A stretch of 20,000 bases of DNA. It comes from Syntrophales bacterium. GTDB lineage: Bacteria; Desulfobacterota; Syntrophia; Syntrophales; UBA4778. Below the pieces are notes generated by a model, which worked only from the letters and a program-made list of their open reading frames with translations, had not been told where the DNA came from and did not search any database. Position 1 is the stretch's first letter. Every line of letters begins with the position of its first letter. Made by a program: the position numbers and the translations under genes. Below, piece after piece: positions 7,856 through 16,332 of the stretch. The stretch lies in NCBI GenBank assembly GCA_963665615.2, contig CAXXQE010000001.1, forward strand, positions 181,151 to 201,150, written 5' to 3'.

Positions 7856-9270
7856 TGAGGATTCCCCCTTTTGTCCCATGCTTTCTTTGTGCGGAGCATC
7901 TCGGCAAACGTTTCAAGACGTGTGCGCAAGGAAGCAGCTGAATAATTGCGACTGTCATAAAGGTCCATCTCCAGCAGAAGCGTGGGCAATCCAAATTCTT
8001 TTTCGATTTCTAGCTTGGCAAGCTTGCTGGTGCATACAAGCGGGCGGCATGAAAAGGGATAGCTCCAGATCACGCCATCCACCCTCGCAGCATCCAGGCC
8101 GGCCGTACTTCGCTTAATCCAGCCATAGGTGCTGTGATAAGCGCCGCCGGCCATGGCCTGCTCAGCCCTTTTTTCACCAAGGGTAGGAAAGGGGTGCGGT
8201 TCGGCAGGTTTTGGCGGCGACAACAAGGCAATATTGATGGGAACAGCCAAACCGACATCTTCTATCAAGCGGTTGACAACAGGGTCAACAAAGCTATGCA
8301 GCAACGTAATTACCCTGGGGGAGCCTTTTGCAACAACCCCGATCTCTTGTTCGACCCGCGTTCTGACTTCTTTAACCAGGCTCTCGATAGCTTCTGGTCC
8401 TTCCTCCATAGCGACTCCTGTGCAACCAAGGGGAATATTAAATATCATCTGTGAATCAACGACACTCAGCGGGACCGGGTCGGCTGTCAAGTATTGGTTC
8501 AATTCGTTTATAGCCATATAGAGCCTGCCGGCCACAAGTCTGGCCTGCTGCCAGGCGTCCTTATTTATTTCGAGCCCGAACATCTGGTGGAGTGTCTCAA
8601 ACAGTCTATTGAGATGGGCTCCCAGATAGATAACCGTTTCGTGGTCATACAAGGGCCATGCGCCCCATCGCGCATCGAGGCAACTGTCGACATATTCAAT
8701 CGGGTAACCGTATTTGTTCTGGATAAGCTCATCCGCCTTCGGGCCCATATCACAGTAATAACTCGTCGCGATAGACATATCCGGCACCGGGATAAGCCCT
8801 TTCTCGAGGGCGCCTAGCTTGATTTGCAGCAAAGAGCACATGGCATGGCCGGGCGGCAACCCCGCTGATTCCCCTGCCTCCAGGACTGGAACAATCTTAT
8901 CAAAGAGTTGACCGAGCGTCTGACACAGAACTACCTCAGGGCAACCTACATAGAAATCTCTTTTCGATTTTGCGGCAGCTTTGATGGCCAGACCGGTATA
9001 CTGGAACGGTGGATATCCATAATAGACGATTTTTTTCCCTTCTTCCCTGGCAAGCACAACATCGAACAGTTCTTTGAGCCATATTCCAAGCAACTTTCTC
9101 ATGCCCATAAGCTCAATATCAAAATGTTCGTGAATCCGCGCTACCGCCCGCTCCATGTCCTGTGCGCCGAGCCCCAGCTTGTTGAATGCATTTTCAACAC
9201 GCGGTCTTTGGCGCGCTATCTCAGATTCATCGAATGCGCAGAGTTTCAGCAATGCATCGTAATAGGCCAT
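7852..9270 (-). CDS. 2-hydroxyacyl-CoA dehydratase/aryl-CoA reductase family subunit (HgdA/HadB/BcrB-like), [4Fe-4S]-binding
   Basis: AREEGKKIV, GCPE, HAMCS (C145), SYYCD (C173), VDGVIWSYPFSCR (C408) and the family C-terminus LPTLLLEMD...SAASLRTRLETFAEML. Adjacent to the activator gene. Confidence 0.88.
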   Translation of the reverse strand: MAYYDALLKLCAFDESEIARQRPRVENAFNKLGLGAQDMERAVARIHEHFDIELMGMRKLLGIWLKELFDVVLAREEGKKIVYYGYPPFQYTGLAIKAAAKSKRDFYVGCPEVVLCQTLGQLFDKIVPVLEAGESAGLPPGHAMCSLLQIKLGALEKGLIPVPDMSIATSYYCDMGPKADELIQNKYGYPIEYVDSCLDARWGAWPLYDHETVIYLGAHLNRLFETLHQMFGLEINKDAWQQARLVAGRLYMAINELNQYLTADPVPLSVVDSQMIFNIPLGCTGVAMEEGPEAIESLVKEVRTRVEQEIGVVAKGSPRVITLLHSFVDPVVNRLIEDVGLAVPINIALLSPPKPAEPHPFPTLGEKRAEQAMAGGAYHSTYGWIKRSTAGLDAARVDGVIWSYPFSCRPLVCTSKLAKLEIEKEFGLPTLLLEMDLYDSRNYSAASLRTRLETFAEMLRTKKAWDKRGNPQ

Positions 9271-9275
9271 GATCC

Positions 9276-10415
9276 TTACCTCCTGATACTTCCCACATAG
9301 GTTTCAATACGGGTGCGCATTTGCTCCGTCTCGGCCGGGTCATAATCCGATTCAAGGGTGAGCATGGATAACCCCGTCTCTTTTTTAAGCACTTCAGGAA
9401 AATAATAGGACTCTATCTTGTAAGATTCGCGATACATCAATTGGTACCAGATAACACCTTGGACAGAAAAATCTTTGGCCAGTTGAATTAAAAAGCGGCC
9501 CCTTTCAGTGGCAGGTCTGAACCACGCCGGAACAACGCGTTCCATAAAATAGGCCTTGGCTAAGGCCTCCATCGGATCGCCCGTGGTTTTTACATGTTGC
9601 CAATAGGGCTTGATTCCCTCGGCAAACTCTTCAATAACCACCTGCCCACCGGCTTCTGCGATGAGATCCAATATTTTATGGTCTCCCATTGCAAGCGTTG
9701 AACCGGTCAATAGTATCCTGGGAGCCTTTGTCTTCACCATACTCGCTTCCTGCAGCTCATCTATCAACGACTCCAGGGTTTCGATCAAGAGCATCTTGTC
9801 CATGATCAGGGCAGCATGATTAAGCATTGCGAAATTCTTTGCACTTAAAGGCGGTGGATCTGATTTTCGCATCAGACTGATCTTCTTCAATAGCTCCCGT
9901 TCTTTATTGCATAGCGCGATAGCGTCCTTTAGCCGTTGGTCCGTAATTTCCACACCGGTGATTCCCTCTATTTTTTCTTTTACCCTCCTTATGCCATGGA
10001 GATAATATCTGTAACCGTCCTCATCCTTTGTGTGGGGGATTCCGAAAGGAAATACGTCGATATCCGTATGATAATCGAGCGTATCGGATAGGGCCCGGTT
10101 ATTGCTGTCCGTTATAGGGACGAAGAGGAGGTCAATCACGCTGTAATAGGGGTCGGCGCCGGAAATAGCTGCACCGATTTGAGCACGGTAAAACGTATCC
10201 AGCCAGCGGTCGATATAGGCGATTGAAGCCTCCACCGCAATGTGGTCTCCGCCCCGGATCATGCATACGGGGATTGCACCGGCGGCCAGTACAAGTTCTT
10301 CCGGAAAGTACCCGCCGGGGATGTAGCCTATAATTTTACGCCCTTGATCCTTTGCCTCTCGCAAGGCAGTCGGCCTGATCTTGAGATATGAATCCATCTT
10401 GTCGATATTTTTCAT
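9276..10415 (-). CDS. 2-hydroxyacyl-CoA dehydratase family second subunit (HgdB/HadC/BcrC-like) lacking the cluster cysteines
   Basis: AKDQGRKIIGY...PEELVLAAGAIPV, PRILLTGS, GGQVVIEE, VQGVIWY and LTLESDY...EQMRTRIETY. Only two Cys in the protein (C51, C169). Confidence 0.88.
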   Translation of the reverse strand: MKNIDKMDSYLKIRPTALREAKDQGRKIIGYIPGGYFPEELVLAAGAIPVCMIRGGDHIAVEASIAYIDRWLDTFYRAQIGAAISGADPYYSVIDLLFVPITDSNNRALSDTLDYHTDIDVFPFGIPHTKDEDGYRYYLHGIRRVKEKIEGITGVEITDQRLKDAIALCNKERELLKKISLMRKSDPPPLSAKNFAMLNHAALIMDKMLLIETLESLIDELQEASMVKTKAPRILLTGSTLAMGDHKILDLIAEAGGQVVIEEFAEGIKPYWQHVKTTGDPMEALAKAYFMERVVPAWFRPATERGRFLIQLAKDFSVQGVIWYQLMYRESYKIESYYFPEVLKKETGLSMLTLESDYDPAETEQMRTRIETYVGSIRR

Positions 10416-10447
10416 GCTGGCCCTACCTTATTGATTGAATTCTTCAG

Positions 10448-10487
10448 CGCTCGCTCATTCTGCGGTAAGCCGCGGAGTAAGCGAGCG
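10448..10487. repeat. Long imperfect inverted repeat just upstream of the dehydratase operon
   Basis: CGCTCGCT-C-ATTCTGCGG-TAAG-CCGCGGAGT-A-AGCGAGCG: an ~18-bp stem with a 4-nt loop. Confidence 0.65.
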
Positions 10488-11066
10488 AATCAGGACTAAC
10501 ATCTTCCTTGGGAATCGGAAATTCGCCGGAGCTTGCCCCAATGAGTCTTCCATTTATAAGAAGACCCGTCTCTTGTTAACAATTTTTCTAAGATAAACCT
10601 TTTTACACGTCAATCGAAAACTGAACATCAAAGACCCCGGGAGCCATCCGTATCCGGAAGGCATAGATGTTTCCCCCTGGTTGGATTTATGATTTTGCTT
10701 TGGGGTTGCGGGAACCGAACCGCCCAAATCGAGTCATGATTGTTGCGGCATGCCCGGTGTCCATCTTGAGGTGAATTTCGAAAGCCGTTCACGGACAACG
10801 AGTTCGGATGTCCCCGTCTCCCCTTTTTGCATGCTTCTAGGCTTTGTGAAAGGTAGATTTCAGGGAGCAAACAGTTGATGGAAAAATGATCCATAAATTT
10901 TTGGAGCCCTCAAAATAACAGAACTCTAACTTAAAATGTGGTACAAGTCTCAGAAAGAGGTCACTAAAAATTTTCAAGTATGCAGAGAAGTTGTATGGGG
11001 AACTATTACTGATTATGAAATAATATTTTAGTATAGAAAAAAATTAGGGTCCTAAAGGGATGGAAT

Positions 11067-12251
11067 ATGAATTTTGAATTCAATGACGAACAGCGAATGT
11101 TGGAAGACAGCGTTTATAAATGGGCGACAAGTTGGCTCGATCCGCAGATGGAGCATGCTTGTGAGATTGACAAGATGCCCGAGGGTCTCTTCAAGGAACT
11201 CGGTCATCTGGGCGTTAACGGTGTTGCGTTCGAAGAGCAATACGGGGGCGCAGGCCTTGGCTATACTGAGACCCTTCTGGTCTATGAGAATATCGCCCGC
11301 GTTAGCAACGCCCTATCCGGGACGGCGGGGGTCAGCCAGACCCTGTGTTTCGACAATTTTCGCCGTAACGCAACGGAAGAGCAGAAGATGGCCTATCTTC
11401 CCAAAGCGTGCAGTGGCGATTCAATCGGTTGCCTTGGAATCACGGAGCCCAATGCCGGTTCCGATGCCATGAGCATGGCCACCAAGGCCGTTAAGAAAGG
11501 TGACAAATACATCGTTAATGGGAGCAAGATCTTCATTACCAACGCGCCTGTTGCCGATTTCATGCTTTTTTATGCCAAGACCGATCCGGACAAAGGGCCG
11601 CATGGGATTTCCACCTTCTACGTCAATCCCAAGACAACCAAGGGTGTCACCATCGACAGGATCAAAAAATGGGGTTATCGGACATCCCCGACGGGCCTGG
11701 TCATGTTCGATGACGTAGAATTGCCAGAGGAGAACCTGGTAGGGCAATTGAATAAAGGCGTGGCCGTTCTGACGAGCGGCCTGTGCACCGAGCGTATCAC
11801 CTTGAGCGGATGCTCCCTGGGATCGCAGCGCGCCTGCCTGGAGCTTAGCCTGAAATACGCCAAGGAAAGGGTCCAGTTCGGCAAGCCGATCGCCTCCTTC
11901 CAGTCGATCCAGGAAAAACTGGCCGATATGTATACCGGCTATCTCTCCTCGAAGTGGATGGCATACAGTGCCGCTTCCTTCTGCGATTCGCTGACCAACA
12001 AGTCGGGCGGAAAAGGGACCGATCTTGACAGAATGGCCGCCGCATCCCTTCTGTACTGCGGAAAAATGGGAACCAGGATCGCTGATGAAGCCGTTCAGAT
12101 TCACGGCGGCTATGGCTATTGCCAGGAATATGCGGTTTCCCGTCACTACCTCGACCAGAAACTCTGGGATATCGCAGCCGGCACATCAGAGATCAGGCGC
12201 ATGATCATCGCCCGCGAACTGATGCGGGATGATTTCAAGAGTGGAAGATAA
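11067..12251 (+). CDS. Acyl-CoA dehydrogenase, isovaleryl-CoA-dehydrogenase-like subtype
   Basis: GITEPNAGSDA, NGSKIFITN, ERVQFGKPIASFQ and QIHGGYGY. IVD-type base arrangement: Glu in VLTSGLCTER and no Glu in LWDIAAGTSEIRR. Confidence 0.93.
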   Translation: MNFEFNDEQRMLEDSVYKWATSWLDPQMEHACEIDKMPEGLFKELGHLGVNGVAFEEQYGGAGLGYTETLLVYENIARVSNALSGTAGVSQTLCFDNFRRNATEEQKMAYLPKACSGDSIGCLGITEPNAGSDAMSMATKAVKKGDKYIVNGSKIFITNAPVADFMLFYAKTDPDKGPHGISTFYVNPKTTKGVTIDRIKKWGYRTSPTGLVMFDDVELPEENLVGQLNKGVAVLTSGLCTERITLSGCSLGSQRACLELSLKYAKERVQFGKPIASFQSIQEKLADMYTGYLSSKWMAYSAASFCDSLTNKSGGKGTDLDRMAAASLLYCGKMGTRIADEAVQIHGGYGYCQEYAVSRHYLDQKLWDIAAGTSEIRRMIIARELMRDDFKSGR

Positions 12252-12263
12252 ATAAAATGCTAT

Positions 12264-12292
12264 TGGTGGAGGCGGCGTGCGCCTTATCACCA
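12264..12292. repeat. REP-like imperfect palindrome or possible terminator after the ACAD gene
   Basis: TGGTGGAGGCGGCGTGCGCCTTATCACCA folds into an imperfect stem. Confidence 0.45.
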
Positions 12293-12301
12293 CTCATAGT
12301 T

Positions 12302-12495
12302 GATGGTCTTGTGAAAAGTCAGGGAATGAGGATGACGGGCCGGCTCTCTGCCGCTCAAAAATCTTTTTCCGTCATGTTCAGCGCCAAATTGCCAAAGCCG
12401 TGGGGCTGGAAAAATCTTTGATTCGCGTTCGAGACCCAGCCCGTCATCCTCTTGTTTTATGATTGATACGTTATTCGATTTTTTACGAGACCATC
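12302..12495. mobile_element. Non-autonomous miniature inverted-repeat element (MITE), 194 bp
   Basis: 19-bp imperfect TIRs GATGGTCTTGTGAAAAGTC (12302-12320) and GATTTTTTACGAGACCATC (12477-12495), 16/19 matching. Flanked by the direct repeat ATAGTT (12296-12301 and 12496-12501). No transposase. Confidence 0.85.
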
Positions 12496-12499
12496 ATAG

Positions 12500-15400
12500 T
12501 TAACGCATCCCCAGCTTTTTCATACGGAAGTGGAGGGTCGCCCGATTCATTTGCAAAATTTCTGCGGCACTGCCTGGACCACTCATCTTCCCGGAAGCAT
12601 TGTCCAACACATACTGGATGTATCGGCGCTGGATTTCATCCATCGTGGGAAAATCTGAAAACGGGTTTTCATCCGACAACGCTCGCGGCCGATTCGCTAA
12701 ATCCAGTTCAACCCTGCCATCCTCCGTAACGAGAATGGCACGTTCAATGACACTTTTCAGCTCTCTCACGTTACCCGGCCAATCATAGTTCGTCAGCGAG
12801 AATTCCTGTTCCTCGGTCAGAGGCCTAATTTTTTTATTATATTTTTTTGCATACTGCTCTATGAAATAGCTGGTCAACACTGAAATATCGGCTTTTCGCT
12901 CTCTTAGAGGGGGAATATGTTGTTCCAGCATATTGAGACGATAATAAAGATCTTCCCGGAACCTGCCCGCTTTGACTTCAGCAGGAAGATCTCGGTTTGT
13001 TGCTGCTACCAGCCGAAAATTGGCGTGCTTGTTTTTTGTTCCGCCAACCCGCATAAAAGTCTTCTTCTCCAGTAAACGCAGCAGTTTGACCTGTAAATGG
13101 GGAGGAATCTCTCCAATTTCGTCAAAAAACAACGTCCCGCCTTCAGCAAGCTCGACCCGTCCTATCTTTTGATGATGCGCTCCAGTAAAAGCACCTCTTT
13201 CATGCCCAAAGAGTTCACTGTCCATAAGATTTTCAGGAATAGTGGTGAGATCGACTACAACAAACGGTTTGCTTCGCCTGGGACTGTTGAAATGAACCCA
13301 CTGCGCAACAACCTCCTTTCCTGTGCCTGTTTCTCCCAAAATCAAAACGGGCGCTTCTGACTCAGAAAGTAGTTTTATTTTATTCATTAATTTTAACATT
13401 TTTCGATCATTGAATACGATGTCCATCTTTGAAAGATCTGTGGGAATCGTTGCCATTGAACAGCATGGGTGCGGTGAGTGGTGCGACTCATCATCATCTC
13501 TTGTTTCAAATTCTCTACCTTCAAGGAAACCGGCAATATGACGCCCAAGTGACTCAAGCATGGGTACATCAATAAAATCAAAGCAATTAGACAAATAAGA
13601 GTTGTCAAAATAAAAGACGGCTTTGACTTCTGTGCCCTTCAACAGAGGCAAGCAGATAACCGATAAGGAATCTTTATATTCCCACAGCCCGTCATTTCCT
13701 CTTTTAAATTTTGGCATGAGCGGTTTTTTATTTTTATAGCTGGCCATGATCGCCTTCATGCTCCGTCCGAAATTGTGATCACTAATAATTGAGCGGGAGA
13801 GATTACGAGCCATATGCAATTCAGGTGGCGTTGCCTCCTGATGACTGAAGGTAAAGATCGCAGAACGTTCAGCTCGCAGAAAACCGGACAGCGTTGCCAA
13901 CAATAGTTCATTATTCATCGCATTGGGTCTGGAAAACAATTCTTTTAGAATGCGAAAGATCGGTTCCAGGGAAGTTCCATAATCTGAGGGCGTCGTTTGG
14001 AAGGATTTCCTCTCTTCCAGCAGGAACTTGAGATCATCGGGGAAAAAGATTTCACAATAACCTGTCAATCGTCTATAAATATCATAGGCCAAGTTGGCAG
14101 CTTTTTCTTGTTGATCGTTTCTAAGATAATATCGCACGATCTCCATTCTTGTTTTCATCAGTTGAAATAAATCTTCACATTCTTCTAAAAGCGCCTCGCT
14201 ATCCCTCAGGTCCTTGAAAATATGCTCTTCATCTTTACCCTCTGATATCGCCCGCACTGCACGAAGCCTCAAAGCCACCCCTCGAAGATCGATGTTAGGT
14301 TCAGCCATAATCTTATTAAATAAAGCGTCGAAACGCCATTCTGGCGGAAGCTTCGCGCCGGCCTGCTCTGCGCTGAAATAACTTTCAAGATAAATAGGGT
14401 GGAATACTTGCAGTATAACGCCGGTATCGCTGATTTTCTGGAGGCATTCCTGGAATAACGGCAACCCCTTATCAATTTCTCCTTCGCTAAAGTAGAGGCA
14501 GAAAAGTCCCATGAGGCTGATCCAATACGCGAGCCTGTTTTCTACGGCCTCAGCGTCAGCCCGAGCGCCTTCCAACTGGAATAAGGCCTCCTCTTTTTTT
14601 CTGATAACCCATAAGTGAATCCCAAGCAAAGCGCGATAGAAAGGCACCATAAAATAATCCTGCCGTTTGATGGCCAACTGGCGAAAGAAATCTAGTGTAC
14701 CGATCGCTCTCTGGAAATCACACCGGTTGATGTAGGTATAGGCAAGCCAATCCGGGGCTTGAAATGTCAATAAATATTCTTCATTTTTCCATGAGAGTTG
14801 CGCAACAGGCTCAAAATAATTGCCAGCTTTATTCAGATAACCTTTAATAAAATAATATAGCCCAATGAAACAGGATGCATTAAACAATATATCCTGATCG
14901 CCCAGTTCCTCTGCCTTCTCTTTGCCTATGGAAAGATAGTGTAAAGCCTCTTGAAGTTTGTTGACGTGCCAGCAAATTCGGCCGAGCAGGATATTGGCCA
15001 TGGTCCAACTTCGTTCATCTCCCAATTCCTCTGACAAGGAAATGATTTTTTCCATAATTCGAATAGCAGTTGATATCCCAAGGTTTCGTCCAAGGCAGTA
15101 CTCCACAACTCTGAAGCCTTCCGCGATGAAATGGGGCGTCTCGAATGAATCTTCCCCCATCGAGGATAAAAGAAGATCCATTTTGTTAACGTGGTCCTTA
15201 GCAACATCCCTTTTATTTTCTTTCAGGGATTCGATGGCCAACGCCATTTCGTTTTTTAGGGTTAACTTCGCCCGTTCAGATTTTGTAACAAGATTCTGAA
15301 ATGCCTTCTCTGGAATTTTATCAAGCAGATCGCTTGACTTTATGGTATGGACGATTTTTGTCAGTTTGGCGGAGGAATTGATTTTTTCGATCTTAAGCAG

Positions 15401-15616
15401 TACCCCATCGGGCAAATCATGAGACAGTCCAAAGCAACCATCCTGGTCTTGATAAATCCAACCAAGCTCCTCGCATTTGCGCAACAGATCAAAAGAATGG
15501 GTATGGGAAAGAGGAATCAACTGGGCAATGACATCCAGAGAAATCGGCATTTCAAATGCCGCCATCCCTGAGAGGAATTCCCATTGCAAAGGGGTGAAAT
15601 TGACAGATGTATCCAT
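12500..15616 (-). CDS. Second sigma-54-dependent activator (bEBP), 1038 aa, same architecture as 115..3252
   Basis: GETGTGKE, ELFGHERGAFTGA, LFFDEIG, FREDLYYRL, WPGNVRELKS and HTH GPGSAAEILQMNRATLHFRMKKLG. GAF-like segment AERSAIF...SVICLPL...FYFDN. SD AAGGAG upstream. Confidence 0.94.
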   Translation of the reverse strand: MDTSVNFTPLQWEFLSGMAAFEMPISLDVIAQLIPLSHTHSFDLLRKCEELGWIYQDQDGCFGLSHDLPDGVLLKIEKINSSAKLTKIVHTIKSSDLLDKIPEKAFQNLVTKSERAKLTLKNEMALAIESLKENKRDVAKDHVNKMDLLLSSMGEDSFETPHFIAEGFRVVEYCLGRNLGISTAIRIMEKIISLSEELGDERSWTMANILLGRICWHVNKLQEALHYLSIGKEKAEELGDQDILFNASCFIGLYYFIKGYLNKAGNYFEPVAQLSWKNEEYLLTFQAPDWLAYTYINRCDFQRAIGTLDFFRQLAIKRQDYFMVPFYRALLGIHLWVIRKKEEALFQLEGARADAEAVENRLAYWISLMGLFCLYFSEGEIDKGLPLFQECLQKISDTGVILQVFHPIYLESYFSAEQAGAKLPPEWRFDALFNKIMAEPNIDLRGVALRLRAVRAISEGKDEEHIFKDLRDSEALLEECEDLFQLMKTRMEIVRYYLRNDQQEKAANLAYDIYRRLTGYCEIFFPDDLKFLLEERKSFQTTPSDYGTSLEPIFRILKELFSRPNAMNNELLLATLSGFLRAERSAIFTFSHQEATPPELHMARNLSRSIISDHNFGRSMKAIMASYKNKKPLMPKFKRGNDGLWEYKDSLSVICLPLLKGTEVKAVFYFDNSYLSNCFDFIDVPMLESLGRHIAGFLEGREFETRDDDESHHSPHPCCSMATIPTDLSKMDIVFNDRKMLKLMNKIKLLSESEAPVLILGETGTGKEVVAQWVHFNSPRRSKPFVVVDLTTIPENLMDSELFGHERGAFTGAHHQKIGRVELAEGGTLFFDEIGEIPPHLQVKLLRLLEKKTFMRVGGTKNKHANFRLVAATNRDLPAEVKAGRFREDLYYRLNMLEQHIPPLRERKADISVLTSYFIEQYAKKYNKKIRPLTEEQEFSLTNYDWPGNVRELKSVIERAILVTEDGRVELDLANRPRALSDENPFSDFPTMDEIQRRYIQYVLDNASGKMSGPGSAAEILQMNRATLHFRMKKLGMR

Positions 15617-16196
15617 GCTACCAACACTCCTTCCGTAGCAAACTGAACAGGGCCGGGCAAGCTGGACAAGTGCATCAGTAGTGATAAGCAGCCACTAGAA
15701 AATAATGCACATCAACAAAAATCCAGTTGGAAACATGCTCTGCCTGCAAGGCCAAGGTGGCTTGGGAAGCCTTAACAGGTGAGCAAAGCCTTATTGAATT
15801 ATTCCGTCGCCAATTGGCTATCCTAACTAGATAACCAGGCGGAATTTTCTGCTTAGGGAGTGTGCTTCCCGAGGGTTTCGATCGTACCTGCAAACCTCAA
15901 GAACGGTCATCCGTGAAAGTCCTTTACTTCATACAGTGGCTCCGATTTTGTCTGCTAACCTTACCTTTTGATAGGTCGCGTCGGACTTGGCTGCATCAGT
16001 CAGATGCTCGTACAATATAGCCGAAATTTTTCTGCCAAGAACAAATGATATGAAAGAAATAGCGAAGGGTTCTCTATGCCTGCCAGATGTAATCTTATCT
16101 GATCCGCATCAACAAAGAGTCTGCGTTTTTAAAAGCTCGCCCGCCTTTCCCATTAATTCTGTGTGATTATTTAAGTGACCTCTTAGCAAATTCTCT

Positions 16197-16226
16197 ACAT
16201 CAGTGCAAATATATTATCACTGATGT
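16197..16226. promoter_or_regulatory. Inverted-repeat upstream activator site, probably for the second bEBP
   Basis: ACATCAGTG-N12-CACTGATGT with perfect 9-bp arms and spacer CAAATATATTAT. Centre is ~106 bp upstream of the -24 GG. Confidence 0.62.
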
Positions 16227-16316
16227 GCTTGCATGCTGTCATTCAGATTCTATCAACTGCCTAACTAATAATACTAATAATTAATAATATCAATTAGATA
16301 TGCATTATCCGCCCCA

Positions 16317-16332
16317 TGGCATCACAATTGCT
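16317..16332 (+). promoter_or_regulatory. Sigma-54 (-24/-12) promoter for the DUF1302-DUF1329 operon
   Basis: TGGCAT-CACAA-TTGCT, with GG at 16318-16319 and GC at 16330-16331 (10-nt spacing). Preceded by an AT-rich tract and an inverted repeat, and divergent from a bEBP gene. Confidence 0.85.

Noticed and set aside
7046..10415. Annotation as class I benzoyl-CoA reductase (bcr/bzd) or hgdCAB
   Set aside because: There is a single activator gene, the subunits are divergent, and no dch/had/oah or gct genes are in the window. Only family-level assignment is supportable.
10628..10894. 88-aa minus-strand ORF upstream of the dehydratase operon
   Set aside because: No recognisable domain and atypical composition, so likely spurious.
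194..15571. Numerous overlapping ORFs (e.g. 1801-2592, 4203-5030, 6237-7025, 11421-12146)
   Set aside because: They lie within well-supported genes on the opposite strand or in another frame, and show no domain motifs.
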